Assembly: GCF_018350175.1 (NCBI RefSeq)
Contig: NC_058368.1
Coordinates: forward strand, 139,192,001 to 139,256,000
Source: Felis catus
Lineage: Eukaryota
Length of the DNA stretch: 64,000 bases
Direction of reading: 5' to 3'
Positions 1 through 12,524 of the stretch are shown here, piece after piece (positions within the stretch are counted from its first letter, which is position 1; each line of letters starts with the position of its first letter). Under the pieces are notes generated by a model. That model was not told where the DNA came from, made no database searches, and saw only the letters and a list, made by a program, of their open reading frames with translations. A program made the position numbers and the translations under genes.

Positions 1-116
1 TGGATGGCTCAATCTGAAGAGCATTCAACTCTTCATCTCAGAATCATGAGTCTGAGCCCCATGTTGGGTGTAGAGATAACTGAAAAAAAAAATAAACTTG
101 AAAAAAAAAAAAAAAG
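1..116 (+). mobile_element. Short CanSINE (cut by window edge)
   Basis: tRNA-derived head, ttgggtgtagagat, A-tail. Confidence 0.85.
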
Positions 117-503
117 ATACGTTCTTCATCTGGAATCCACAAAAACTACAAAAGGTTTAAAAGGCTTAGACATTATCCCATGCAGTACAAAATCTCCGAC
201 TGACAAGTGGTAGATCACAATTTTGAAAATGACAATTGTTGCCTTGAAACATACCTTAACAAAGTGTTGAACACAGGGTAAAAAAAGATAATAAAAGAGA
301 GAAAGATGAGAAACACTGAAATTGGTACTAAAAATTATCCTAATTTCATTGATAATATTAATAGCTCACCTTTAGATACATTATCACATTTAATTCTACC
401 AACAACATTTTAAGACAGGCTCTCTTATAACACCTTGTAGAAAAGGAAACTGAGGCCCATGTATCTTAAAAGCCAGCTAGAAACAGCAAAACCAGGTTTC
501 AAA

Positions 504-719
504 TTTTTTTTTTTTTCAACGTTTATTTATTTTTGGGACAGAGAGAGACAGAGCATGAACGGGGGAGGGGCAGAGAGAGAGGGAGACACAGAATGGGAAA
601 CAGGCTCCAGGCTCTGAGCCATCAGCCCAGAGCCTGACGCGGGGCTCGAACTCACGGAGTGCGTGATCGTGACCTGGCTGAAGTCGGACGCTTAACCGAC
701 TGCGCCACCCAGGCGCCCC
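504..719 (-). mobile_element. Young felid CanSINE
   Basis: Full length; TSD caaaaccaggtttcaaa / caaatccaggtttcaaa. Confidence 0.97.
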
Positions 720-930
720 ACAAATCCAGGTTTCAAACCTACGTCTATTTGGCTTGAATTGCGGATTATTATACTGCCTCTGGATAATAACTACTGGTAA
801 GTGAAGAATCAGAGTTAGGTCCTCAGGTATTATCAAGCCTGAAAGCACTAGTATGTACTGGTATATGTGTAAAATATTTTAAACTATAAAATTAATAATA
901 CAGGGGGGGTTCCTATTTTTTCAATTAAAC

Positions 931-1160
931 TTTTTTTTAATTTTTTCTTTTTACATTTATGTATTTTTGAGAGACAGAGTGAGACAAAGCATGAGCGGAG
1001 GAGGGGCAGAGAGAGAAGCAGACACAGAATCCGAAGCAGGCTCCGGGCTCTGAGCAAGCGTTCAGCACCGAGCCCGACGCGGGGCCCAAACCCATGAAAC
1101 AGGAGATCATGACCCGAGCTGAAGTCGGACGCTTAATCAACGGAGCCACCCAGTCACCCC
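931..1160 (-). mobile_element. CanSINE
   Basis: Head, CT-rich body, A-tail. Confidence 0.95.
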
Positions 1161-1168
1161 TATTAAAG

Positions 1169-1381
1169 TTTTTTTTAAGTTTATTTATTTATTTATTTGA
1201 GGGTGAGAAAGAGAGTGTGAGCAGGGGAGGGGCAGAGAGAGAGAGAGGGAAAGAATCCCAGGCAGGCTCCTTGCTGTCGGCCCATACCCAACACCAGGTT
1301 CAATCCCACCAACCATGAAATCATGACCTGAGCTGAAATCAAAAGTCGTACGTGCAACCAACTGAGCCACCCAGCCCACCC
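1169..1381 (-). mobile_element. CanSINE (older type)
   Basis: Head, body, A-tail. Confidence 0.9.
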
Positions 1382-1704
1382 TGCTATTACTCCTCTTAAG
1401 GCCTCCAATAACCTCTCAACTCCCAAATTCAGTGAATTAGTTTCATTCTCACCTGACCTTGATTCAGACCAAACCCAACTGACCATTCTACTGCTTATAA
1501 GTCCACTCCCCACCACCCCTGTCCCAGGACAACACTCCAGACAATTCCATTTCTTAGTATTCTTCCCTCCTCGGTTTCTTTCGGCAACTGAACCCTCTCC
1601 ACTGTACAACCCATAAATGCAGGGGGTTTCCCCACACACATACATGCAATCTGGCACTTCTTTTATTATTTTTTGGCACTTCTTTTTTAAAAATGTAATT
1701 TACT

Positions 1705-1957
1705 GGGGACGCCTGGGTGGCTCAGTCGGTTCAGCATCCAACTTCAGCTCAGGTCACGATCTTGCGTTCGTGGGTTCAAGCCCTGCGTCGGGCTCTGTGC
1801 TGACAGCTCAGAACCTGGAGCCCGCTTTGGATTCTGTGTCTCCCTCTCTCTATGCCCCTCCCCTGCTCATGGTCTGTCTCTCTCTCTCTCTCTCTCGAAA
1901 ATAAATAAGCATTAAAAAAAAATTTAAGATAAAAATAATAAAAAATAAAGATTAAAA
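1705..1957 (+). mobile_element. CanSINE
   Basis: TSD aaaaatgtaattta. Confidence 0.95.
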
Positions 1958-2102
1958 ATGTAATTTATTAAATTGACTTGTTCCCGATTCATAGTTGCAA
2001 AACTCTGTGTGCAGTTAGATTTGAAGGAAATCTTTAACATTTTAATACACAATACTTCACTATAAACTCCATGAAGGTGAGGTCTACTTGTTTTCGTGTC
2101 CC

Positions 2103-2284
2103 TTTTTTTTTTTTTTTTTAATTTTTTTCATGCTTATTTGAGAGAGTGAGAGGCAAAGCACGAGCGGGAGGGGCAGAAAGAGAAGGAGACACAGAATGTG
2201 CAGCAGGCTCCAGGCTCTGAGTTGTCAACACAGAGCCCGACGCTGGGATCAAACACTTAACCAACCCAGCCACCCAGGCACCCC
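2103..2284 (-). mobile_element. CanSINE with internal deletion
   Basis: The B-box region is missing relative to neighbouring copies. Confidence 0.9.
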
Positions 2285-2884
2285 TTGTGCCCCTTAAGGT
2301 ACAACAGACACTCTGTGTTTTTTGTTGAATAAATGAAAACACCCTTTGGTGTAGCCTAAAATTAACACCTCACTGGAGCAGGTAGTAGCTAAAAATGATA
2401 CATATTTTTAAAAACATGTGATGAGTCACAAACTTTCTGGACAAAGAATAGGTGGGACTAAATGAGTAGTTCCCTCCTACAAAGCAGATAAGATCTCATA
2501 CCAGCCCTGAAACCGAATGAGTCTAATTATTTAGGTTATCTTTAGTAAATTATCAGCTTTTCCCTGATTATTTTTAAACCATGACACCTCTTTCTTAATG
2601 AATTCAACCTCCAGTAATTTTGTTGTTGTTGTTGTAAAGAACTGTGAAATGCCCTACTACCAGTGAAGCATGCCAAATTTAGAACTTTAATTTCAGGGTT
2701 AAATATACAACGGATCAGAAGCATAATGATGTGTGACGAGAAAATCATCTCAAACACAATAACCATGCAATTCCTTTTTCATTTGAGATTCACAACATCT
2801 TAGAAATGGGAAGAACCATGATGGTTTTGTTTCACTTCCTAGTCAACTTACAATCCTTTCTACGGAACCCTTGACAAATATTTT

Positions 2885-2910
2885 TGCCTGAATACTCTGC
2901 CTGAATACTC
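2885..2910. repeat. Exact 13-bp tandem duplication
   Basis: tgcctgaatactc twice. Confidence 0.9.
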
Positions 2911-4679
2911 AATCTTCTTAAATTCTAATTACCTTTAAAAAGAAAATCTCTGCATTTTTAGGCACATTACTGAACATAACACATGTAAGGGTTTGAAAAG
3001 GTTAGATAAAAGCTAATGGAGAAAAATATTAAAAGGCCTTTTTCCTTTTCAATTTCTCAAATATTGGTAACATGATGCTCAAAATCTCCAACTACGTTAA
3101 TTCAAACTGGAGTTAATAAGGCCAGTAGCACCAATTCAGTGAACCTCTGTAACCTGTGCATTTACAGAATTAATTTAAAGGTGCAGGAACTGTGTCTGGC
3201 TCAGAGCTGAACGTGCTGGGAGGAACAATCTCGTTCCCCACGGACCTAAGACACATCCAATCAGGGCACCTGGAACCCCTAGAAAACAATCGGTGCTTCC
3301 TTAAGTTTCCTAAAAAAACAAGACTCATCTCTCCACGTCCGAGGTCCCTGTCACCTCCATAATTCTCCTCCTGGAACACGTCATTTAGGAGAGGCATGAC
3401 ATTTCTGCTAGGAAAGGCCCATGATATGGAATTACTTGTTTATAAAGAATTAATGGAAGTCTTCAACTATTCAAAAAAAGTTGAGAGTAATTTCATAAGG
3501 AGGGTGGCAATGACATTTTACTCTCAAGAGCATCTAATTATAAAACACTTCGTTTTCTCCAATTCAAGAGTTAAGTCCTTTGACATATACTATACCTTTA
3601 TTAGGAAATGATACCGTTTGTAATGAGTCTAATACTATTTTGGACGAATCTCAGGTGAGACTAATTTGAAACTTTTCAGAACCTTAAATCCACAGGTAAA
3701 GCACCTCTGGATACTATAATCACTCATGCAGCAGGCTAGTATCACCAGTCATAACCTATTTCTAAATTCCCTAAGCCAATCCTCATCATAAATTCAAAAA
3801 GGAGGAGGCTACTATGACACCTACAAGCTTTCCTTCAAAGACTCTTTATCTTTGTACTGTAAGTCTCACCACACATAGATGTTTCCCAGGTTCCTCTCGC
3901 TATTTCATTCCCTGTCCAAAGCCCCACCACCCTCAACAGGAAAACTCAGTCTGGTCCGCAAACCAGAAAAATCTTTTCTCCTGTAGGAGAAAAACAAGCT
4001 ATAGTTTGCAAAGATATCCGGTACACCTTACATGCTATCAATCTGCCAATGCAAGCATATAATAATACATGGTACAGATCTATTTTGGTGATTTCCCTCC
4101 GAGGCCCAAACGTGTGTATTATGCAACAGCCACCATGCCAGGTTTTAATCCCTGTCTGTGATGCACTGATAAAATACAAACGGCCCAAGTATAATCCACT
4201 AGGTACTCAAGCACATTTGCCAGAAGATAAATCAAAACAAAAATTACCAAATTCTGAGGAACCTTGAAAATGACAAAGTGCCTAACAGTTCTGAATACAA
4301 TTACAACTTTTCCTTCCCGTAGTCTCTGAGTAACCTGCTTGCTCAGCCCCAACCCCCTCAAAAATCCTCACACTTCAGCATTTTAATTGATGTTTCCAAA
4401 GGATCTCTCCAAGGGGGAAGGGGGCCTGCATCAGGTGGTTATTTTAGAATCTACTCTAATAATCTAAAATAACCTAAGATACCCACACCAGTTTCCAGAA
4501 TCGAGTCAGAGGTTTCATCATTTCTCCCAAAGGACAATAATAGGAGTAAATGCAATCCAGATCCCCGAGGCATAAACAACCCAGGGCTCGATGCTTCACC
4601 CACCGATCTCCTGGGGCACAGGCCTCGAAAAACTGCACAATGGGCGGCTAAGAATTAGAACAAAATTGCGATGCCCTTC

Positions 4680-5990
4680 ATTCTCGAAGAGAATCTATAC
4701 AGGATCTGTTCCAGAGGTTCAATGCACGGGAGGTGGGCAGAGCATCTCCGGAGGCCACCTGCGTGGCTGAACCCGAGCCTAAACGCCTCGGCGCGCCGCC
4801 TCACCAGGTCCGCTTTCCACCGAGCCAGGGCAACGGGCGAGCGCGGCCAGGCTCCAGGTGGGGCGCAGTGGGAGGGGAGGGGGCTCGGCACGCAGCAGCC
4901 GGGGAGCCGAAGCCGATCCCAGGCCAGCCAAGGAAGAAGGCGGCATTCCCTCACACAAAATGGTGGCGCTGACGCGGAGGCCCGCGCACCTGGGGACGCG
5001 CCACACGCCCCTCGGGGGACGCGGCCGGCCGCCGGCAGCTGGACGCGCGCCCGGGGCCCGGGAGGCCGGCGTGGGCCTGCGCCGCGGCCGAGTCCACAAG
5101 GCGGCCCGCAGCCGGCGGCCCGCGTCGCCGCCCGCGGGGGCGCGGGGCCGGAGCCGGCGGGGCGCGGGGTCGGGCGCGGCAGCCTCGGCCTCAGCCCGCG
5201 GCCCCTGCCCGGGACGGACAGCGCACTCACCTCGGACGCGCCTCCGGAGCCACCGGAGCCCGGGAAAGGAGGCGGAGCCGCGGGAATGAATGGAGCCGGC
5301 GGCTCGCTGGCGACCCCCGGCCGGTCCCGGGCCGCGTCGCTCGCGGCTGCCAGGGCGGGTACGGCCGCCTCCCCCTCGCCCCGGACGCCCGGCTCCTAGT
5401 CGGCGGGTCGGCCGCAGCCCACCGTGCCCTCCGCCGGCGTGACGCACTGGCGCCGCAGCGCCTCCAGCCTTTGCTGCCGCGCAGCGCCCGCGCCCACCGC
5501 GAATCCCCCCGCCCGCGCCGCGCGGCCCCTCCTCGGCGCCGGGGACGCCGCCCTGCCTCCCTCCGGACCCGGCCTTCAGACGGCCTCCGGGCAGGTGCCG
5601 GCCGGGCCAGCCGGGGGGCGCCGCGCGGCCCCCGCCTCGCCCCTGGCGCCCGCTCGGCCCGCCTGGGCCGCCGTCACAAGGCAGGGCGCGACGCCCCAGC
5701 TCAGGGCTGTGGCCCGGTATTAAAGAGTGACCTTGGCTTAGATATAAAAATAGGTGCGGGTAAGCTGCGGGGACTACGACGCTGAATTTGCGTATTCCTT
5801 TAATGTCAACATTCGCAGAATCCCGTGTGCACACGCCAGCGGAGATCTCCTCCAGTCTGGCAATGGCGCGGGCCCTCCCAGAATGTATACTGGGTGAACC
5901 AAGACATCCCGGCCTCTGGACTCGGATGCAGGGAGCGCGGGCCAGGACCGTGGGCCTGCGCCCCGCCACCTCCTTCCTAAACCCACTGCT
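4680..5990. promoter_or_regulatory. CpG island promoter
   Basis: Very GC- and CpG-rich ~1.3 kb block in an AT-rich background. It contains GC boxes (e.g. gccccgcc ~5959) and a CRE half-site gtgacgca (5439-5446). No SINEs between ~2285 and ~7460. Confidence 0.95.
5231..5450 (-). other. Non-coding first exon of an unidentified minus-strand gene (5' boundary approximate)
   Basis: Consensus donor GAG|GTGAGT on the minus strand (plus strand actcac 5225-5230) in the middle of the CpG island. No ATG on the minus strand in this interval. Positions 1-5230 would be intron 1. Confidence 0.65.
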
Positions 5991-7462
5991 ACCTAGGAGG
6001 ATGCAAGGGAAAAGGAAGTTGAGCTCTCCATGCACAGTCTGGACGAGTCCAAGAGCCATGACTTCCATCTTAAGATAATAAGGAATCACTAAATTTCCTG
6101 CGTTGACCTTTTCTCTTTCAGAATGTAGGGCAAGCAAACTAGCCCAGACCCAGAAGGATGGCGGCCCCACCCTCCTTTCTTCCTCTTCCCGCTCCTAACT
6201 CACTTCAGGGCCCTTTTGCTAATTACACTCCCACGAAAGAAAGATATGCTCTCAAGTATTTAAAGCGTGGTAGATTTCTTAAAAGTAATGCATGCCATAG
6301 TTTAAATATGTTTAAGAAATGTATTGAGGATCAGTATTCTATGTAATTTTAAGACCTCTTTTTATACACAAACTCTGGAAAATAAACTTAAACATCCAAG
6401 ATCTGTGGCATCGTTTTCAGCTCATCCAGTAAATTTCAAATTGTTTTTCACTCCTCAAAAATACTTAGCAATCACAATACCAGTCTTTCACAAATTTAAT
6501 AGTGATCAACAAGGTCAATAAATACTTCAGAGAAGACTTGTTGATAGAGACATACTGGATCCAGATTTTTTTTTTAATTGGATAGGTTTTTCTGCCTCGA
6601 GTTGCTCTTAAAAAATAAGGTCACATCTACTATGTTTAATTTGTAACATTTAGCAGAAATCTTAAATGTTACATGCCAAATGTTTACCATTTTTAGTGGA
6701 CCTTAACAAACTAGACCTAATTGAGCAGGAATTTTGAATAGTTCGGTTTTTATGCGTAGCAAATGTTAAATGAATGGAGTTATAAAACCTTTGAATTTCT
6801 ATTTTTAGAGCTGTACGGAAGTAGGAGTCTCCAGGGTAATCCCAAACAATTGCCACTTCGGGAAGATATTCTTCTTTTTGCTACCAGAGGCTACAGTTGT
6901 TGAAGCTGTAAGCCCCAGTACAAAGCTAGGCAGCACAACGTGTTCCGAATGTTTGAATCATGGGCGTATTGAGTTTTAGCTATAAGTTTTATGGGTGAGT
7001 ACTTGTGCTTGAGAGGCTTGTCTCCCAAATGTCTGGCCACTCTGGTGGGCATCAGAACTATACCCACCCAGCCCTATGAAAGAGTCCAGTGACCCCATCC
7101 AGACAGCTAAACCCAGCTGTCTTCCTATGGCAAGGATCCTACCTTCAGAGAACCACTGAAGAAGTTCTGTCTCCTACTTATGTGAGGAGTGTTCTGTGAG
7201 GACACTCTGACTTCATTCTCTTTTCTCTACTTGCAACATTATGTGGCCTTGGGTGTTTAAGAAAAAAAAAATCATTTACTTACTTCTTTGGCCACGATTC
7301 ATTAAATCTTGCTTGTCTGTTACCCCATAGTCTTGGGGATCCATGAGCAATTAGTGGGCAAAGAACTAAAAAGTGAGCCTTTATCAGATTAATACATGCT
7401 GTGAATGACTACCAAAACATTTTGAAATATATTTGAGGCTTTGGTCTAAAAAGTTTTGTAAA

Positions 7463-7706
7463 GGGGCCCCTGGGTGGCTCAGTCAGTTGAGCGTCTGTCT
7501 GACTTGGGCTCAGGTCATGATCTCATGGTTCCTGGGTGCGAGCCCCACATTGGGCTCTGTGCTGTCAGCACAGAGCCTGCTTTGGATCCTCTGTTCCCCT
7601 CTCTCTGTCCATCCCCCACTTGCGGTCTCCCCAAAGTAAGTAAATATTTAGAAATAAGAAATACATACATACATACATACATACATACATACATACATAC
7701 ATACAC
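7463..7706 (+). mobile_element. CanSINE with (TACA)n tail
   Basis: Head, body and microsatellite tail 7661-7705. Confidence 0.95.
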
Positions 7707-7854
7707 AGGTTGTAGAGAATAAAAGGACTATTGCTTTGGTTTTTGTTGTTGCATATGCTTGCTCTGATTATTATTTTGTTAAGTTACAAGCAGAAGGAAA
7801 CATGCTAAGAGTTTCCATTGCACTTTTAGTACATGTTCAAAGGGGAATGGAACC

Positions 7855-7955
7855 TTTTTTTTTTAAGTAATCTCTACACCCAATGTGGGGCTTGAACTCA
7901 TGACCCAGAGATCAAGAGTCACAGACTCTTCTGACTCAGCCAGCCAGGCAACCCA
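7855..7955 (-). mobile_element. Short CanSINE
   Basis: tRNA head plus tail only. Confidence 0.85.
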
Positions 7956-8074
7956 AGGGTGGAACTATATTAAGAGAAGATTGCCACAACTGGATTTTGG
8001 AGGTTGCTTACAAGAGAAGAGTCCTAGCACTGGAAAAGAGGAGTTCCTAATGGCTAAAATAATGGCTAATGTTT

Positions 8075-8305
8075 TTGACTGCTAACAAATGCCCAGGTAC
8101 TCATTCTACTAACTTCTTTGTGGAAATTAACTCATTTATTTCTCACACTCATCCTTTGAAGTACATACTAATATTGTCCCCATTTAACGTACAAAAGACT
8201 GAGACGCACACGGAGAAGCTAAGTAATTAGCCCGTGGTCACACAGCTAATAATTCTGGCACTATGGCTCAGTAGTACACTTCCTTAACCAGTATTCTATA
8301 CCACC
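8075..8305 (-). mobile_element. MIR
   Basis: ccccatttaacgtacaaaagactgaga...ggtcacacagctaat core. Confidence 0.7.
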
Positions 8306-8546
8306 TTTTATGTGCACAAAATCCTATGCCATATGATTGGATTTTGCTTTTGAAGCCCTAAAACATACCAAATTCTCATTGCCTTCATGTTTAAATTATT
8401 TCTTAGATCTAGTGGTATTTTCCTGGACATGAAGAGAAAATTAAACCTTTAGTTAGAAAACTTGTAAGACTTCCTCATATGTGTTAAACAAAACTGTATC
8501 CTCTGTTAGTTTTTGAAAGGCAAAAATATTTTTTAAAAACCGTTCT

Positions 8547-8770
8547 GGGGGCGCCTGGGTGGCTCAGTCGGTTAAGCGTCCGACTTCGGCTCAGGTCGTG
8601 ATCTCGCGGTCCGTGGGTTCGAGCCCCGCGTCCGGCTCTGTGCTGACATCTCAGAGCCTGGAACCTGTTTCAGATTCTGTGTCTCCCTCTTTCTCTGACC
8701 TTCCCCTGTCCATGCTCTCTCTCTGTCTCAAAAATAAATAAATGTTAAAAAATAAAAATAAAAAAAAAAA
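8547..8770 (+). mobile_element. CanSINE
   Basis: Full length; cgttctg repeated on both flanks. Confidence 0.97.
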
Positions 8771-8805
8771 CGTTCTGCATCTTTCAAGGGTAATTGCTCT
8801 CCAAG

Positions 8806-9041
8806 TTTGTTTTTTTTTTTATTTTTATTTTTTTACATTTTTATTTTATTTTTGACAGAGTAAGACAAAGCGTGAGCAGGGGAGGGGCAGAGAGAGAAGG
8901 AGACACAGAATCTGAAGCAGGCTCCAGGCTCTGAGCAAGCGGTCAGCACAGAGCCTGATGCGGGGCTTGAACCCACGAACTGTGAGATCATGACCTGAGC
9001 CGAAGTCGGACGCCCAACCGACTGAGCCACCCAGGCACCCC
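8806..9041 (-). mobile_element. CanSINE
   Basis: Full length; ccaagttt on both flanks. Confidence 0.97.
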
Positions 9042-9759
9042 CCCAAGTTTTTATATTTTTTTAGGTTCCAGAGAGTAATTATAAGTTTTATTTATATTTA
9101 TATTTACTTAGTCTATGGAAGAAATACGACTCCCCAGAAGAGATTTACTACCATCACTGACCCTCCATTAGACTAAAATGTGTAGAACCAGGATCTAATA
9201 TATAGAGTATATATGTTTTAAATTCCTAAAATCACAGTAGGAAAGTTTTAATGAATGAAGCAGCCCAGGGACTTCCAGATCTAAAATGTTAGCCAATGGA
9301 TTAACTAGTTGGCTGCTAATGTCAGCCATGGCAAAGGCAAAATGAGGAAGCAATCCTTCCTCCTTGGACTAGAAGAGAATAGGACTCCATACCGTAGAAT
9401 GCTTTGTTTCTTTCTCTGGTTTATGAAATATGTCACAGGAATGCTTTCAGGATTAAATGCAGCACTTTGATCGGGTTTTCTTTGTCAGGCACTACTACTG
9501 TCTGCAGAGGTCAAATTCCTGAGTGATACTTTGCGCCGGGTTGAGGGAGGCAGGTGGAAAGAACCTGAAGAACAAGAGAAATGACAGGTTTGAGAAGTCC
9601 AGTGACACTTGTTTTTTCTAGTTTGCTTTGGTCTAATGTGAAACAGAAGTTTAACCACAGAGTATTTGGTAAGTTCAATTTGGGTTTAAGGGAAATAACA
9701 CGTGGTATTTTTCATATTACTGATGAAAAATTATATACATATTTACATCGATGGCCGAT

Positions 9760-10230
9760 ACTGCCAATTTGCCTAGTTAATATCCATTCCCTCCGCTTTT
9801 CTGTCACAGCCCCTATGTTGTTCAGGGTGGCAATGTGTCCAACTGAAACTATTTTCCTCCCCAGATTCCTCTTGCAACTGGGATAGTTATACAGTTACTG
9901 TGGCCAATGGAATGTCAACAAAAGATTGTTCAGTATAGCTTTCAAGAAAGCTTTATTTTTCTGATAAAAAAAAAAAAGATTCAGATATCCCTTTGCCTTT
10001 TGCCATTTGTGCTTTTTTCTTCTTCCTGCTTGGGAGGAAGACTTATGTCTGGGATCAGAGCAGCCATCTTGAAGCCATGAGCTGACCAAGGGAATGAAAT
10101 CCGCGTGTAACTATACCCCAGCCAAGAGATAGGAACCTGGGACAATGATGACATTCTGGAGCTGCCACACCAATTCCACACCACCTACCTCCAGTCTTCT
10201 GTTACTTGCCAACAGATGCAACCCTAACCA
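9760..10230. mobile_element. Old ERVL/MaLR-type LTR remnant
   Basis: Motifs such as ctcttgcaactggg...tggccaatggaatgt and gcagccatcttg are typical of ancient ERVL/MaLR LTRs. Confidence 0.55.
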
Positions 10231-10862
10231 AAAGTCAGAGTTAAACCTAAACCAAAGTCCTTGATATAGCTGGAAAAAAAAATAAAGGAACATTCTTCTA
10301 TAGTATATGTGCTATACTATAGAGATATTATTCTTTGATTTTGCTGCTCTGTTAAGTAACTGCATTCTGGAGAAATCAGTGACTTACCTCCCCTAGTATT
10401 TGGTGAAAAAAAAAACCACCTCAGTTTTGACTATGAAAAGAATATCATATTTAACCAGGTAGTACATTTTATTTTTAACACATTTCACACATGACCTCAG
10501 TAAGTCTCTAATATCACTATGAGAAAGGATGACAAATGGCTGTCTAGAAATGATAAGAGTCATCTAGAAACAAGTTACTGGCCAAAGTGATCACCGTGCC
10601 GTATACATAAAGGATATACAGAAAAGTATAATTATGTTTTCATTTTTAATGAAAAACAAGTGGAAGAATCAGGATTTAGGGAGGGATCATAAAATTAGAA
10701 CTTGTCTGTACTTTACAGAAAGCAACCTGGCGATACATATCAAAACTTCCGAAAATGTAAATGTGTTACCATAACACTACTCTTGGAAATCTATCTGAAG
10801 GAAACTTTTAGGAAGAAAAAAAAGTTATGTTCACGAAGATGTCATTGAAGCATTTTTTACCC

Positions 10863-10943
10863 TTTTTAAAAAATTTATTTCTTTAAAGTTTATTTATTTA
10901 TTTTGATAGAGAGAGAGAGAGAGAGAGACTGTGTGTGTGTGTC

Positions 10944-10981
<38 letters not shown>

Positions 10982-11123
10982 CAAGCAGGGGAGGGGCAGA
11001 GAGAGGGAAAGCGAATCTCAAGCAGACTTTGTGCTCTCAGCACAGAGCCCGATGCAGGGCTCGATGTCATGAAATGTGAGATCAAGAGTGGGAGCTTAAT
11101 GGACTGAGCCACCCGGGTGACCC
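10863..11123 (-). mobile_element. CanSINE with (GA)n(TG)n expansion
   Basis: Head, body with microsatellite, tail. Confidence 0.9.
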
Positions 11124-11127
11124 AGCC

Positions 11128-11253
11128 TTTTTTTTTTTAATTTATTAATTTTTTTTTTTTTTTAGTAATCTCTATATCCTACATGGGGTTCAAACTCACA
11201 ATACGAAGATCAAGAGTTACATGCTCCCCCAAGTGAGCCAGGCAGGCACCCCT
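11128..11253 (-). mobile_element. Short CanSINE
   Basis: tRNA head plus tail. Confidence 0.85.
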
Positions 11254-11545
11254 GAAGCATTTCTTTTCTTAAGAAAGCCAAAATGTATAAATACCATGAA
11301 TGTCTAATAATAGGTATACTGTTGCTAATCACAGAAATGCAAAATGTTTGCCTTTCTTATTGCAGGCAATAAGAGGGATTATTTTTAATTGTTAATAGGA
11401 ACTGGGAAGGCTTATTGAAACAGCTAAATCGTGTAATAGGTTGGCATGCAAAAGGGAACACCCATCTGGAGGCAATGCATCATAATCTCCATTGTCATTA
11501 TTGTTGGATTATATTTATTAAACACTTGTATGCCAGATATTGTAC

Positions 11546-12028
11546 TGATGGGATTCAGAGCAGTCCACCCCAGAATGTGCCACTTTGGCATGAAGATTAT
11601 TTGGAGCTAAAGACAATCAAGTCCCAACAGACTCAGAAAGAACTTTTTACCTTCCCTTTAACTGCTCTAAAATTTTAGATAGAAAGCCTATACCAGGAAG
11701 AGCGCTATTACCAAAATTAACCTTTTTTTTTTTTAACATAAGACTCCTCCTCATGGCATGGCATACATTTGTTTACCAAATATTGGCTCTTCCCATCTCC
11801 CTATGAATGATCTTTCTCCCGTGTGAAATGCCGGACTTCTATCCTCTTCTCTGTAGCTCAGGATGGCATATGAACCTCAGTTGCCTGTCAAAGAGCCTCT
11901 CATGTGTTAGTGGGGCACCTGTAAGTATGTAATTAAGTATTTCTCCTTTTAACCTGTTTTATGTCAATTTAATTATTAGAGCAACTAAAGACTTAAAGGG
12001 AAGAAAGGAAAAGTTTTCCTCCCTTGCA
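11546..12028 (+). mobile_element. Solo LTR, MER34-like (ERV1), inserted in a MIR
   Basis: TG...CA termini, 4-bp TSD gtac (11542-11545 and 12029-12032); the start and end resemble the recalled MER34 consensus. Confidence 0.8.
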
Positions 12029-12138
12029 GTACTAAACATTTACCTTAGTTGTCTTGCTTAATCCTCACACTATCTATTTGAGGTAGATACTATATCTTCA
12101 TTTCAAAGATGAGGAAACAGGGTTAGGGAGGTATGGAA

Positions 12139-12161
12139 TTTTTTTTTAATGTTTTCTTAAT

Positions 12162-12196
<35 letters not shown>

Positions 12197-12362
12197 ACAA
12201 ATGGGGGAGAGGCAGAGAGAGAGGGAGACACAGAATCCTAAGCAGGCTCCAGGCTCTGAGATGCCAGCACAGAGCCCGATGCAGGGCTCGAACTCACAAA
12301 CCATGAGATCACGACCTGAGCCCAAGTCCCATGCTTAACTGACTGAGCCACCCAGGTGCCCC
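12139..12362 (-). mobile_element. CanSINE
   Basis: TSD gaggtatggaa. Confidence 0.95.
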
Positions 12363-12524
12363 AAGAGGTATGGAAATTGACCCAAGGTGCTGAAGCAGGA
12401 AATTGACCATTGTTCTCAATTACTCTAGACTTAGACATTAGACTACAGACTTAACTATACCTCTTCTCAATTAGCATATATCCAGCTTCTAGAAAATATT
12501 GCATTAACATCCTCTCACCCAATG

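Noticed and set aside
5231..5450. A gene symbol for the CpG-island gene
   Set aside because: Only a non-coding exon is visible and I do not recognise it. BLASTN of this exon against mammalian RefSeq mRNAs would settle it.
4655..6170. Long overlapping ORFs (463, 242, 191, 143 aa) on both strands
   Set aside because: Low-complexity Gly/Ala/Arg/Pro translations open in several frames at once, as expected from stop-codon scarcity in a CpG island. No recognisable domain.
9420..9560. Possible enhancer (aggaatg, ctttgat, aggtca, caggtg)
   Set aside because: Only 6-7-bp motifs with no supporting spacing or structure; not distinguishable from chance by eye.
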